Origin: a virus | Reading direction: 5' to 3' (one strand) | IMG/VR virus record: IMGVR_UViG_3300028909_000011 | DNA: 39,999 nucleotides | Shown: piece by piece, positions 1 through 7,535 of the stretch | Layout: each line of letters starts with the position of its first letter | How positions within the stretch are numbered: position 1 is the first letter of the stretch | Notes under the pieces: generated by a model | Seen by the model: only the letters and a program-made list of their open reading frames with translations | Told to the model about the DNA's origin: nothing | The model's database searches: none | Made by a program: the position numbers and the translations under genes

Positions 1-128
1 GTAGAAAAAATTTTTGATCGTATGTTGCTCAGTTTTGGGAAGAAGTTCATAGACCAATGGGCTGGCGCTGATCCTCAAAAGTTGTTAAATCATTGGACTA
101 TTGAATTGGCAGGGTTCACAGGGGCTGA
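1..128. repeat. Terminal direct repeat, copy 1 (circular-assembly overlap or terminal redundancy)
   Basis: Bases 1-128 (gtagaaaaaatttttgatcg...ggttcacaggggctg) are identical to 39872-39999 by direct reading. Confidence 0.95.
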
Positions 129-639
129 AATAAAGAGCGGCCTAACTGCAATGGATTCGATGGATTGGCCGCCAAATCTGCCTCAGTTCAAGAAACTGTG
201 TCGGCCTGATGCCGACCCCATGAAGGCGTATTACGAAGCCCTGGCAGGCGTCCAGGCGCGCGCAGCCGGTCAGATGGGGGTTTGGTCCCACCCGGCGATT
301 TATTGGGCCGCCATGCCTCTTTCCTTCGATCTGGGGAGCCAGTCGTACTCGCAGATCAAAGGTCGATGGGAGCAGGCGTTTTCCGAGCAGATGGATCGCG
401 GCGAATGGGCGCAGATACCGGAACCCATGCTAGCCCTGCCAGAACCCGGCAAAGGCAAGCTATCCAGGGAGGGCGCGGCAAAGATGATGGAGGAATTGGG
501 CGCGGACGGTGTTCTGAAATCAACGAGTGACCATCTTCGCTGGGCAAAGCGAATCATGGAGCGCGTCAAACGCAAGGATCGCACGCTGGAAATGATCCAG
601 GTTCGATTCGCAAAAGAAGCGCTCGGCATAGATGTTTAG
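22..639 (+). CDS. Lambda P-like replication protein (helicase loader)
   Basis: 205 aa. By recall of lambda P: WPPNLPQFKKLCRP resembles PFLPSPGQFVAWCRE, WSHPAIYWAA resembles WKSNAHYWLV, and IPEPMLALP resembles IPEPVKQLP. It lies after the initiator gene. The region upstream of the start sits across the circular junction (ATG 22 = 39893; an in-frame TTG at 39857 is possible). Confidence 0.75.
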   Translation: MLLSFGKKFIDQWAGADPQKLLNHWTIELAGFTGAEIKSGLTAMDSMDWPPNLPQFKKLCRPDADPMKAYYEALAGVQARAAGQMGVWSHPAIYWAAMPLSFDLGSQSYSQIKGRWEQAFSEQMDRGEWAQIPEPMLALPEPGKGKLSREGAAKMMEELGADGVLKSTSDHLRWAKRIMERVKRKDRTLEMIQVRFAKEALGIDV

Positions 640-669
640 CGCAGCATCTTTAACACCAAAGGGGAATCC

Positions 670-984
670 ATGAACACCGAAACACCAGAAGAGAAAGCCA
701 AGCGAATCTATATCGCCGGCCCGATGACAAACATACCGGAACTCAACTTCCCGGCATTCCACGCAGCCGCAGCCGATCTGCGCAAGGCCTGTCATCACGT
801 TGTCAATCCGGCGGAAATCAACGCGGATACGACGGCGCAATGGGTTGATTGTATGCGGGCGGATATTCGCGAGCTGGTGGATTGCACTCACATAGCGATG
901 CTGCCGGGTTGGGAAAAGTCGCGCGGGGCTACGCTTGAGCATCATATTGCTGTCGCGCTGGGCTTCTATGTGGGATATCTATGA
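670..984 (+). CDS. DUF4406 / nucleoside 2-deoxyribosyltransferase-like protein
   Basis: 104 aa. The N-terminal IYIAGPMT...NFPAF...VVNP pattern is typical of DUF4406. The stop overlaps the next start (ATGA at 981). Confidence 0.65.
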   Translation: MNTETPEEKAKRIYIAGPMTNIPELNFPAFHAAAADLRKACHHVVNPAEINADTTAQWVDCMRADIRELVDCTHIAMLPGWEKSRGATLEHHIAVALGFYVGYL

Positions 985-2084
985 CGATCCGGCATATTGT
1001 TTCAGTGTCTGGCGGAAAAGACAGCCTCGCTACGCTGCTGATCGCTATCGAACGCTTTGGCTTGGCGGCGGTCATGGCTATCTTCTGCGATACAGGGAAT
1101 GAGCACGAGTTGGTCTATGAGTACCTGGGCTACTTGGAATCTGCGCTCGGCATCAAGATACATCGGTTGAAGGCCAGCTTTGATGACCAGATCGCCGCAA
1201 AGCGCATGTTCATCGCCCGCGATAAACGTACACGCCGGTCTTATGACACTGTTGTTCGCAAGGATGCCGCTGGCAACATTATCTACCGCATGGACAACAA
1301 CGGCCTCCCGATGCTGGAGCCGGTCTGGAAGAGCGGAGTCATGGATCTAGTCGGCGTACCGAAGACAAAGAAAGCCAATGGGAAAAAGACGCGATGGTCG
1401 AACAAAGCCAAGCGCCGCGCCCTTGAATTCCTCAAGCCAACAGGCAATCCGTATCTCGACCTGTGCATGTGGAAGGGCCGCTTTCCGAGCCGCAAAGCGC
1501 AGTTCTGCACTGAATTTCTGAAGCGCAATCCGGCTGTCGAGTTCCAGCTCGAAGTGCAGGAGCAGGGCTATACTGTAGTTTCCTGGCAGGGCGTGCGTTG
1601 CGACGAGTCAGCGGCCCGTCGCAACGCAAAGCCATTCGAGAAGCTTGGTGCGGATTTCTACATCTATCGCCCGATTGCCTTCTGGTCGGCAATGGACGTG
1701 TTCGCGTACTGCGCCTCCAAGGGCATCAAACCGAATCCGCTGTACATGATGGGGATGAACCGGGTCGGCTGCATGCCATGCATCAACGTCGCAAAGTCCG
1801 AGTTACGCGAGATTGCAAGTCGATTTCCTGATCATATTTCAAAGATTGGGGAATGGGAGTGGTTTGTTGCCGCGTGTAGCAAGCGCCAGGCCGCGACATT
1901 CATTCCTGCGCCTACACGTGGCAAGAAAATCACCGACCAGAAAGCTTACGCTGCTAAGAACGATATTTACTCCGTGGTCGAGTGGTCAAAAACGACTCGC
2001 GGCGGCAATCAATACGATTTACTCGCCAATCTCAGCGAGTCATCTGGATGCTCATCCTCTTACGGTCTTTGCGACAATGGATAA
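981..2084 (+). CDS. PAPS reductase family / PP-loop ATP pyrophosphatase-like protein (DndC-like fold)
   Basis: 367 aa. PP-loop SVSGGKDS near the N-terminus. Cys motifs GCMPC and GCSSSYGLC in the C-terminal half suggest a metal or Fe-S site. Confidence 0.75.
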   Translation: MTIRHIVSVSGGKDSLATLLIAIERFGLAAVMAIFCDTGNEHELVYEYLGYLESALGIKIHRLKASFDDQIAAKRMFIARDKRTRRSYDTVVRKDAAGNIIYRMDNNGLPMLEPVWKSGVMDLVGVPKTKKANGKKTRWSNKAKRRALEFLKPTGNPYLDLCMWKGRFPSRKAQFCTEFLKRNPAVEFQLEVQEQGYTVVSWQGVRCDESAARRNAKPFEKLGADFYIYRPIAFWSAMDVFAYCASKGIKPNPLYMMGMNRVGCMPCINVAKSELREIASRFPDHISKIGEWEWFVAACSKRQAATFIPAPTRGKKITDQKAYAAKNDIYSVVEWSKTTRGGNQYDLLANLSESSGCSSSYGLCDNG

Positions 2085-2286
2085 AATCGTGATCCCCACA
2101 ACCTACACCGACGAAAAATACGCCGAAGCCGAGAAACACGTCAGAGCATCGAAGACCGGCATCAGCATACCGATGCTTGGGCGGCTGTTGGGCATAGGCT
2201 ACAACCGGGCTGAACGGCTGATGTGGGCGCTAATAGCAAACGGTGTGGTGTTTGAGGATGGGCATTTATTAAAGTTGGTGAAATAG
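2077..2286 (+). CDS. Standalone FtsK-gamma-like winged-helix domain protein
   Basis: 69 aa from an internal ATG that overlaps the PAPS-reductase stop (ATGGATAA). ISIPMLGRLLGIGYNRAERLMWALIANGVVFEDGH resembles the FtsK gamma core (S.S.LQR.L.IGYNRAAR.I..ME..GIV...GH). Confidence 0.7.
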   Translation: MDKIVIPTTYTDEKYAEAEKHVRASKTGISIPMLGRLLGIGYNRAERLMWALIANGVVFEDGHLLKLVK

Positions 2287-2289
2287 GGG

Positions 2290-2324
2290 TTGCAATACAT
2301 ACGAATACGTATAGAATTATTGCA
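2290..2324 (+). promoter_or_regulatory. Sigma70-like promoter with flanking inverted repeat (putative operator)
   Basis: TTGCAA (2290-2295), a 16-nt spacer, then TAGAAT (2312-2317). Inverted-repeat arms TGCAATA (2291-2297) and TATTGCA (2318-2324). Central palindrome ATACGTAT (2305-2312). The -10 ends 7 nt before the ATG at 2324, implying a leaderless mRNA. Confidence 0.5.
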
Positions 2325-2455
2325 TGAGAGTAAATTTCGTATTCAAGGATGAGCTTGTAGAGCGCATCAAAAAAGCGTGCGCCAAAAACGGCCAGTCAAT
2401 GTCCGAATTCGTGCGCAGGGCGATAACTGCCGCACTCGAAAAAATGAAGCTGTAA
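2324..2455 (+). CDS. Ribbon-helix-helix (CopG/Arc-like) small DNA-binding protein
   Basis: 43 aa, below the ORF-track cutoff: MRVNFVFKDELVERIKKACAKNGQSMSEFVRRAITAALEKMKL. It shows the beta-strand/helix/helix pattern of RHH proteins. There is no SD, consistent with a leaderless start. Confidence 0.6.
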   Translation: MRVNFVFKDELVERIKKACAKNGQSMSEFVRRAITAALEKMKL

Positions 2456-2474
2456 AACAACCAATGGATAAAAA

Positions 2475-2702
2475 ATGATAACCACCCCATTCGAAAAATA
2501 CACGCTAATCACCAGCGCAATACTGGCGACGATAATAATCGTTCTGTTGATCCGCAATGTCTTCATTGCTCAGGCAGCAGTGACGATTAAAAATACTAAC
2601 CGCACGGCATTTTACCGCCTGCCATCGCATCGCTCGATGATGCTGCATCCGAAGTATTGGATATGCTGGACGTCCGCCCAATTTGGGAGGAGGTTGAAAT
2701 GA
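2475..2702 (+). CDS. Small membrane protein, hypothetical
   Basis: 75 aa with one clear hydrophobic helix (LITSAILATIIIVLLI). Its stop overlaps the next ATG (ATGA at 2699), which suggests it is translated. Confidence 0.45.
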   Translation: MITTPFEKYTLITSAILATIIIVLLIRNVFIAQAAVTIKNTNRTAFYRLPSHRSMMLHPKYWICWTSAQFGRRLK

Positions 2703-2851
2703 ATAAAGCAGAAGAAATCAAACTGCGCTATGACTTCGAGGCCAACTGTCGGCATGCTGGTTTTAGTACGGAGATGAATGCGTTGGCGAAATATGTGGAT
2801 CCTCAGGTGCAAGGGATGTGGAAAGAGGTTAAGGAGCGCGACTCTAAATGA
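2699..2851 (+). CDS. Hypothetical protein
   Basis: 50 aa from the internal ATG at 2699, preceded by a strong SD (GGGAGGAGG, about 6 nt upstream). Confidence 0.5.
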   Translation: MNKAEEIKLRYDFEANCRHAGFSTEMNALAKYVDPQVQGMWKEVKERDSK

Positions 2852-2856
2852 AAAAC

Positions 2857-2885
2857 TTGTAAACAATCAATAATACAATTATGAT
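2857..2885 (+). promoter_or_regulatory. Sigma70-like promoter upstream of the morphogenesis operon (candidate late promoter)
   Basis: TTGTAA (2857-2862), a 17-nt spacer, then TATGAT (2880-2885), in the 123-nt gap before the GroES-like gene. Confidence 0.45.
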
Positions 2886-2922
2886 GAAGCGGTCCCCTTA
2901 TGCGAAGTCATCTCGCATCTTC

Positions 2923-2964
2923 GCCGCTGACGCGCATTGAATTGTGCCAGCGGCATTTTTATTT
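2923..2964 (+). terminator. Leader hairpin plus T-tract (intrinsic-terminator-like) between promoter and first late gene
   Basis: GCCGCTG (2923-2929) pairs with CAGCGGC (2948-2954), followed by ATTTTTATTT. An upstream hairpin GCGAAG (2902-2907) / CTTCGC (2919-2924) overlaps it by 2 nt. Confidence 0.45.
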
Positions 2965-2974
2965 GGATATAATA

Positions 2975-3286
2975 ATGATTACACCATTGCAGGATTACAT
3001 CGTAGTAAAGCCAGTCCAGCGCATGAGGTCTGAAATATTGACCGTCATTACATCAGAGACTGATCAAGGATCATGGGGCGCATATGCTGATGTAATCGCA
3101 GTGGGGCCTGGGCTGCCGAACAAGAAGGGGAAAATTATGCCGCTAGATGCAAAGATTGGCGACCGCGTGATGTATGGCGGTGACCGGCTCGGATGCATCA
3201 ATTTCCCCAAATACGTCGAGGATGGCGTCGAATATCGACTGATACAGGAAGCCGACATCTGTTTTGTGGAGGAATCGAAGTGTTAG
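2975..3286 (+). CDS. GroES-like co-chaperonin (Cpn10 family)
   Basis: 103 aa from ATG 2975. MITPLQDYIVVKP...ADVIAVGPG...IMPLDAKIGDRVMY...EADICFVE parallels E. coli GroES MNIRPLHDRVIVKR...GEVLAVGNG...KPLDVKVGDIVIF...ESDILAIVE. The ATG at 2900 in the ORF track would read through the leader hairpins and adds no homology. Confidence 0.75.
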   Translation: MITPLQDYIVVKPVQRMRSEILTVITSETDQGSWGAYADVIAVGPGLPNKKGKIMPLDAKIGDRVMYGGDRLGCINFPKYVEDGVEYRLIQEADICFVEESKC

Positions 3287-3516
3287 ACATTCTCAGCCTA
3301 GTAAATGGCTGCGTTTCCTCAATAGGAAAGAAAGAAAATATGAATACCCCCGATGAGGCCATGAAAAGCTACCACGATCGCAGAGAACGGGAAGCCTTGG
3401 TCGATATGGCCTTAGACCGCCTGAAAAGCGCAGGTAGCCCTTTTGAGCTTGAGAAGGCCCAAGCAATTGCTGCTCATGTGCAATGGCGCATTGAACGAGC
3501 AGATCGCGGGTTGTAA
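3280..3516 (+). CDS. Hypothetical protein
   Basis: A GTG at 3280 lies 6 nt after GGAGGA (3268-3273) and overlaps the GroES-like stop. An alternative ATG is at 3340. The product is helical and charged. Confidence 0.5.
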   Translation: MLDILSLVNGCVSSIGKKENMNTPDEAMKSYHDRREREALVDMALDRLKSAGSPFELEKAQAIAAHVQWRIERADRGL

Positions 3517-3960
3517 ATGGGACGCCCATCAGATTTCACGCAAGAGATGGCTGATTTGATATGCGAACGCATGGCTGATGGTCAAAGTCTTCGCGCCATT
3601 TGTGTTGATGACGAAATGCCAAGTAGAGCGGCAATATTCCGTTGGCTTGCTGCCAATGAAGCATTTCGTGACCAATACGCCCGCGCATGCGAGATTCGCA
3701 CCGACGAATTATTCGACCAAATGCTGGAAATTGCTGATACACCAAAGGTAGGAACCAAAACTGTCAGCAAAGCCACTGTCCTAGAGATTACCGAGGCCGA
3801 TATGATCGAGCATCGTCGGCTCCAGGTTGAGACGCGCAAATGGGCATTGGCTAAGATGGCACCGAAGAAATATGGCGACAAACTTGATCTGAACCATGGT
3901 GGCCAGCCAAACAACCCGATCACCGGCATACAGATAGAGATCATCAAGGCAAATGGCTGA
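3517..3960 (+). CDS. terS: Terminase small subunit
   Basis: 147 aa. MGRPSDFTQEMADLICERMADGQSLRAICVDDEMPSRAAIFRWLAANEAFRDQYARA is the HTH-type TerS N-terminus common in podophages. It lies immediately upstream of, and overlaps, terL. Confidence 0.8.
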   Translation: MGRPSDFTQEMADLICERMADGQSLRAICVDDEMPSRAAIFRWLAANEAFRDQYARACEIRTDELFDQMLEIADTPKVGTKTVSKATVLEITEADMIEHRRLQVETRKWALAKMAPKKYGDKLDLNHGGQPNNPITGIQIEIIKANG

Positions 3961-5260
3961 GAATATCCTCAAGGCTCAGGTAGCCGAGGTATTCACCCCG
4001 CTACTGTCTCCGAGCCGCTACAAAATGGCAAAGGGTGGCCGTGGATCGGGTAAAAGTCACTTCTTTGCTGGCAATATGATCATGGAGCATTTGCGCGTAA
4101 AGACCGATTCCGTCTGTCTGCGCGAAGTCCAAGAATCCCTGAAATTTAGTTCGAAGAAACTCCTTGAATCAAAGATTGCCGAATATAACGCCGGCTATTA
4201 TTTCGATGTACAGGATTTCGTCATTAAAGACCGTAACGGCGGCATTATCATTTTTCAGGGTATGAAAGATCACACTGCTGAGTCCATTAAATCGCTGGAG
4301 GGATTCCGTATAGCATGGTTCGCCGAGGCCCAATCTGCTAGCAAGCGCAGCCTAGAGCTATTGCGCCCAACAATGCGCACTGGGTCTGAGCTTTGGTTCG
4401 ATTGGAACCCATTCAAAGAAGATGACCCGATTGAAGAGTTGCAGAATCTCCTAATGCTCAGCGAGAAGCCGCCAGTCGTCGTGCATGCCAATTGGAAGGA
4501 TAATCCATGGCTGCCAGATGATTTGCGCCAGGAAATGGCAATTGATGCCAAGGGAGACCCCGATCTATTTGAGCATGTCTGGAATGGTGCATGCCTCAAG
4601 AATACCGAGGGCGATTATTATAAATTCCAATTGGCCCAGGTCCATAAAGAGGGCCGCATCTGCTTTATCCCGCGCCTGGATATCCCGGTAAACACCTTTT
4701 GGGATATTGGTAATAGCGACGGCTGCGCAGTCTGGTTTCACCAGAAAGTGGGCCTCGAAGACCGCTTTATCGGCTATTACGAGGGCCATGGCGAAACTCT
4801 TGCTCATTACTATAAAGAATTACAAGACCGTGGATATGTTTTTAATAAGCATTTCTTCCCACATGATGCCGACCACGAGAAACTCAGCAAGGATAATAAG
4901 TCCGTAAAAATGATGATGAAGGATTTGGGTCTGCAAAACATTGTTGTTGTTCCGCGCATCCTTGATTTGAATACTGGTATTATGCAAACACGCAAGCATT
5001 TCGCATCGGCCTGGTTCGATAGTGATTTGGACGGGAAGAATGGATGTAAGCAAGGGTTGAATCGGCTTACGAATTACCGGAAGCGGTTTAATCAGAAAGA
5101 TCAGCGCTGGATTGATGAGCCGAATAAGGCTAATGGGTGCAGCGAGGGCGCAGACGCATTTAGAATGTGGGCGCAGGCCAAAGAGGGTGGAAATATTACG
5201 ATGGCCGGCAGAACGCGGCCTAAACAGCAGGAAGAAGCATTTTCTGGGTGGATGGGATGA
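3953..5260 (+). CDS. terL: Terminase large subunit (PBSX-type)
   Basis: 435 aa. Walker A GGRGSGKS near the N-terminus. A C-terminal nuclease-like region (WDIGNSD...FFPHDADH). Confidence 0.9.
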   Translation: MAENILKAQVAEVFTPLLSPSRYKMAKGGRGSGKSHFFAGNMIMEHLRVKTDSVCLREVQESLKFSSKKLLESKIAEYNAGYYFDVQDFVIKDRNGGIIIFQGMKDHTAESIKSLEGFRIAWFAEAQSASKRSLELLRPTMRTGSELWFDWNPFKEDDPIEELQNLLMLSEKPPVVVHANWKDNPWLPDDLRQEMAIDAKGDPDLFEHVWNGACLKNTEGDYYKFQLAQVHKEGRICFIPRLDIPVNTFWDIGNSDGCAVWFHQKVGLEDRFIGYYEGHGETLAHYYKELQDRGYVFNKHFFPHDADHEKLSKDNKSVKMMMKDLGLQNIVVVPRILDLNTGIMQTRKHFASAWFDSDLDGKNGCKQGLNRLTNYRKRFNQKDQRWIDEPNKANGCSEGADAFRMWAQAKEGGNITMAGRTRPKQQEEAFSGWMG

Positions 5261-5421
5261 TACCGAAGTGGGCAGAGACGCCAGAGATTCGCAAGCCGCT
5301 ATTCACCGCTGAGCAAATCGCGGAAGTGCGCGCAATTACCCATCCCGAACCGCCGCCAATAGTTGAATCTCCCCAAATTCGCGAAATCATCAAAATCAAG
5401 AGGAAGAAAAATGGCGAGTGA
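5257..5421 (+). CDS. Small hypothetical protein coupled between terL and the portal gene
   Basis: 54 aa, not in the ORF track: MIPKWAETPEIRKPLFTAEQIAEVRAITHPEPPPIVESPQIREIIKIKRKKNGE. ATGA overlap with the terL stop; its stop overlaps the portal ATG at 5411. Confidence 0.4.
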   Translation: MIPKWAETPEIRKPLFTAEQIAEVRAITHPEPPPIVESPQIREIIKIKRKKNGE

Positions 5422-7489
5422 AGTTGATGAGGCAATCGAGTTTATGCGGCTCAGTGTCGATGCGGAGTCGGAGAATCGCGCTCTTGCCCTCGTTGACCTG
5501 CAATTCCGGTATGGCGACCAATGGCCAGCATATGCCAGCCTCAGCCGGGGCCAAGAGCGTCCGCAGTTGACCATCAACGAGATGGATAGCTACATTCGCC
5601 AGATCACCAATTCACAGCGCCAGCAGCGCCCGCGCATCAAAGTGCATCCATGCGATGATTTCGCCGATGTCAAGACCGCTAAGGTACTCACGGGCCTTAT
5701 GCGGCATTTTGAGGTCAATTCGGACGCTGATAATGCCTACGATATCGCATTTGATTTTGCCGCTACCATGGGATGGGGTTATTGGCGCGTGCGCAATGAT
5801 TATGTCCGCGAAGATTCGTTCGATCAGGATATTTTTATTGATTCGGTAGATAACCCATTTTCGGTATATTTCGATCAGGCGGCGCGTCTTCCAGATGGCT
5901 CAGATGCAGAAAAATGCCTCGTTACCGATCTGATGCGCATATCCACCTACAAGACAGAGCATCCAGGCGCTGAGGTGGGCAGTTTCAGCGAAACGGCGTC
6001 TGGCGACTCAGACCCAACTTGGGTCACTAAGGATATGATCCGACTTGCCGAGTTTTTCTTCATTGAGCGTGAGAAGTGCAAGCTAATCATGCTTTCCGAT
6101 GGATCGCCTGTATGGGCAGATCAGATGCCGGCAGGCGCAATTCTGTCCAAGCTCGGCATCACTGTCACCGGTGAGCGTGATAGCTTTAAGCGCATCGTCA
6201 AATGGCGCAAACAGAGTGCCTTTGATATCCTTGAAGAGAAGGTTTTGCCATGGCGCTGGATTCCAGTCGTGCCGGTCTACTGGACTAACACTAAGATCGA
6301 CAACAAGATCCTGCGTCAAGGCATGGTGCGGCCCGGCATGGACCCGCAGCGGATGATTAACTTTTGGCAGACGAGTATCACGGAGTCCATCGCTTTGGCG
6401 CCGAAAGCCAAATGGCTGGGCTATGAGGGCTTCGACGAGGGCCATGAGAACGAATTCAGGAACGCCAATCTATCGTCAAGCCCAGTATTGCGCGCAAAGG
6501 CAACAGGTATTGATGATCAGCAGATTCCATTGCCTACCCGATTGCAGCCAGAGCCTCCACCATCAGGCACGATTGAGGCCGCAATGCAGGCCAATCAAAA
6601 TCTCCAGCGCGTCATGGGCATGTTTGACCCTAAAACGAGCTCAACACAACCTAAATCAGGTGTTGCAATTCAGGGAGAGCAGGGCCAGTCTGAAATGTCA
6701 AACTACCATGGCTATGATAATTTGACTCGCTCGATCAAGCATACCGCGCGCATCATCCTCTCCGGACTGCCAAAGGTGCTGGACGTGGCAACCACGCGCC
6801 GGATCATCGGTGAAGACGGTCGGCCAGAACTAGTCAAGATCAACGATCCGCAGCAAGGAACTGATGATCAGGCTATCAGCAGGGTTTTAAATGATGTACG
6901 CGTCGGAACCTATGACGTCGTGATGGATACCGGCCCCGGCTACGATACCAGGCGCATCCAGGGCGTCGATTCCATGATGCAGCTCATGCAAACCCCGATT
7001 GGCGAGAAGGTCGCAGCCGTGGGCGACGACCTGATCGTGCGTCAGATGGATTTCAACGGGTCGGATGTACTGGCTGACCGCCTGGCCGCTGCGAATTCCA
7101 TGTCGCAGGTTGACGAGCAATCGGAAATCCCGCCACAGGTGCAAATGCAGATCAAGCAGTTGCAGCAGCAATTACAGCAGGCTCAGCAGCAATTGCAGGC
7201 GCAGGAGCAGGTTATCAAATCCCGCTCCGACCTCAAACAAATGGAAGAATCAGCCGAGACGCAGCGCGAGCATATGCGGCTCACGGTCAAGGCGCACGAT
7301 ATCGAGACGCAGGACGCTACTAAGCGCCATGACATCGCCACAGAGACGCAGACGAAGGCGCACGATGCCGCCCTAGGCTATAAGAAGGCCGTGACAGTCG
7401 AGGAAATCAAAGGACAAATAGCTTTGCTACTCGCTCAAATCGGATCTGGCGAAGAGGCCAAAGATAACGCAATCGATTCAGCAATTTAA
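5411..7489 (+). CDS. Portal protein (P22-like, with C-terminal Gln-rich coiled-coil barrel)
   Basis: About 692 aa from ATG 5411 (SD AAGAGGAAG upstream; the ORF track starts at 5363). Position after terL. C-terminal QMQIKQLQQQLQQAQQQLQAQEQ helix, as in P22-type portals. Confidence 0.85.
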   Translation: MASEVDEAIEFMRLSVDAESENRALALVDLQFRYGDQWPAYASLSRGQERPQLTINEMDSYIRQITNSQRQQRPRIKVHPCDDFADVKTAKVLTGLMRHFEVNSDADNAYDIAFDFAATMGWGYWRVRNDYVREDSFDQDIFIDSVDNPFSVYFDQAARLPDGSDAEKCLVTDLMRISTYKTEHPGAEVGSFSETASGDSDPTWVTKDMIRLAEFFFIEREKCKLIMLSDGSPVWADQMPAGAILSKLGITVTGERDSFKRIVKWRKQSAFDILEEKVLPWRWIPVVPVYWTNTKIDNKILRQGMVRPGMDPQRMINFWQTSITESIALAPKAKWLGYEGFDEGHENEFRNANLSSSPVLRAKATGIDDQQIPLPTRLQPEPPPSGTIEAAMQANQNLQRVMGMFDPKTSSTQPKSGVAIQGEQGQSEMSNYHGYDNLTRSIKHTARIILSGLPKVLDVATTRRIIGEDGRPELVKINDPQQGTDDQAISRVLNDVRVGTYDVVMDTGPGYDTRRIQGVDSMMQLMQTPIGEKVAAVGDDLIVRQMDFNGSDVLADRLAAANSMSQVDEQSEIPPQVQMQIKQLQQQLQQAQQQLQAQEQVIKSRSDLKQMEESAETQREHMRLTVKAHDIETQDATKRHDIATETQTKAHDAALGYKKAVTVEEIKGQIALLLAQIGSGEEAKDNAIDSAI

Positions 7490-7535
7490 CGTACCTACGC
7501 GATCGTAGGGAAAATCCACTTAATGGAGTGTGACC

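Noticed and set aside
1-128. The terminal repeat as prophage att sites or transposon ends.
   Set aside because: The repeat is simply the same coding sequence read twice at the junction of a circular assembly. No integrase or transposase is present.
585-615. tRNA-like T-loop string GGTTCGATTCG.
   Set aside because: The flanking bases do not form a T-stem or acceptor stem, and it lies inside the well-supported P-like CDS. No other tRNA-like cloverleaf was seen.
2900-2974. The ORF-track start (ATG 2900) for the GroES-like gene.
   Set aside because: The extra 25 residues have no GroES counterpart and would be translated through the leader hairpins. Homology begins exactly at the ATG at 2975.
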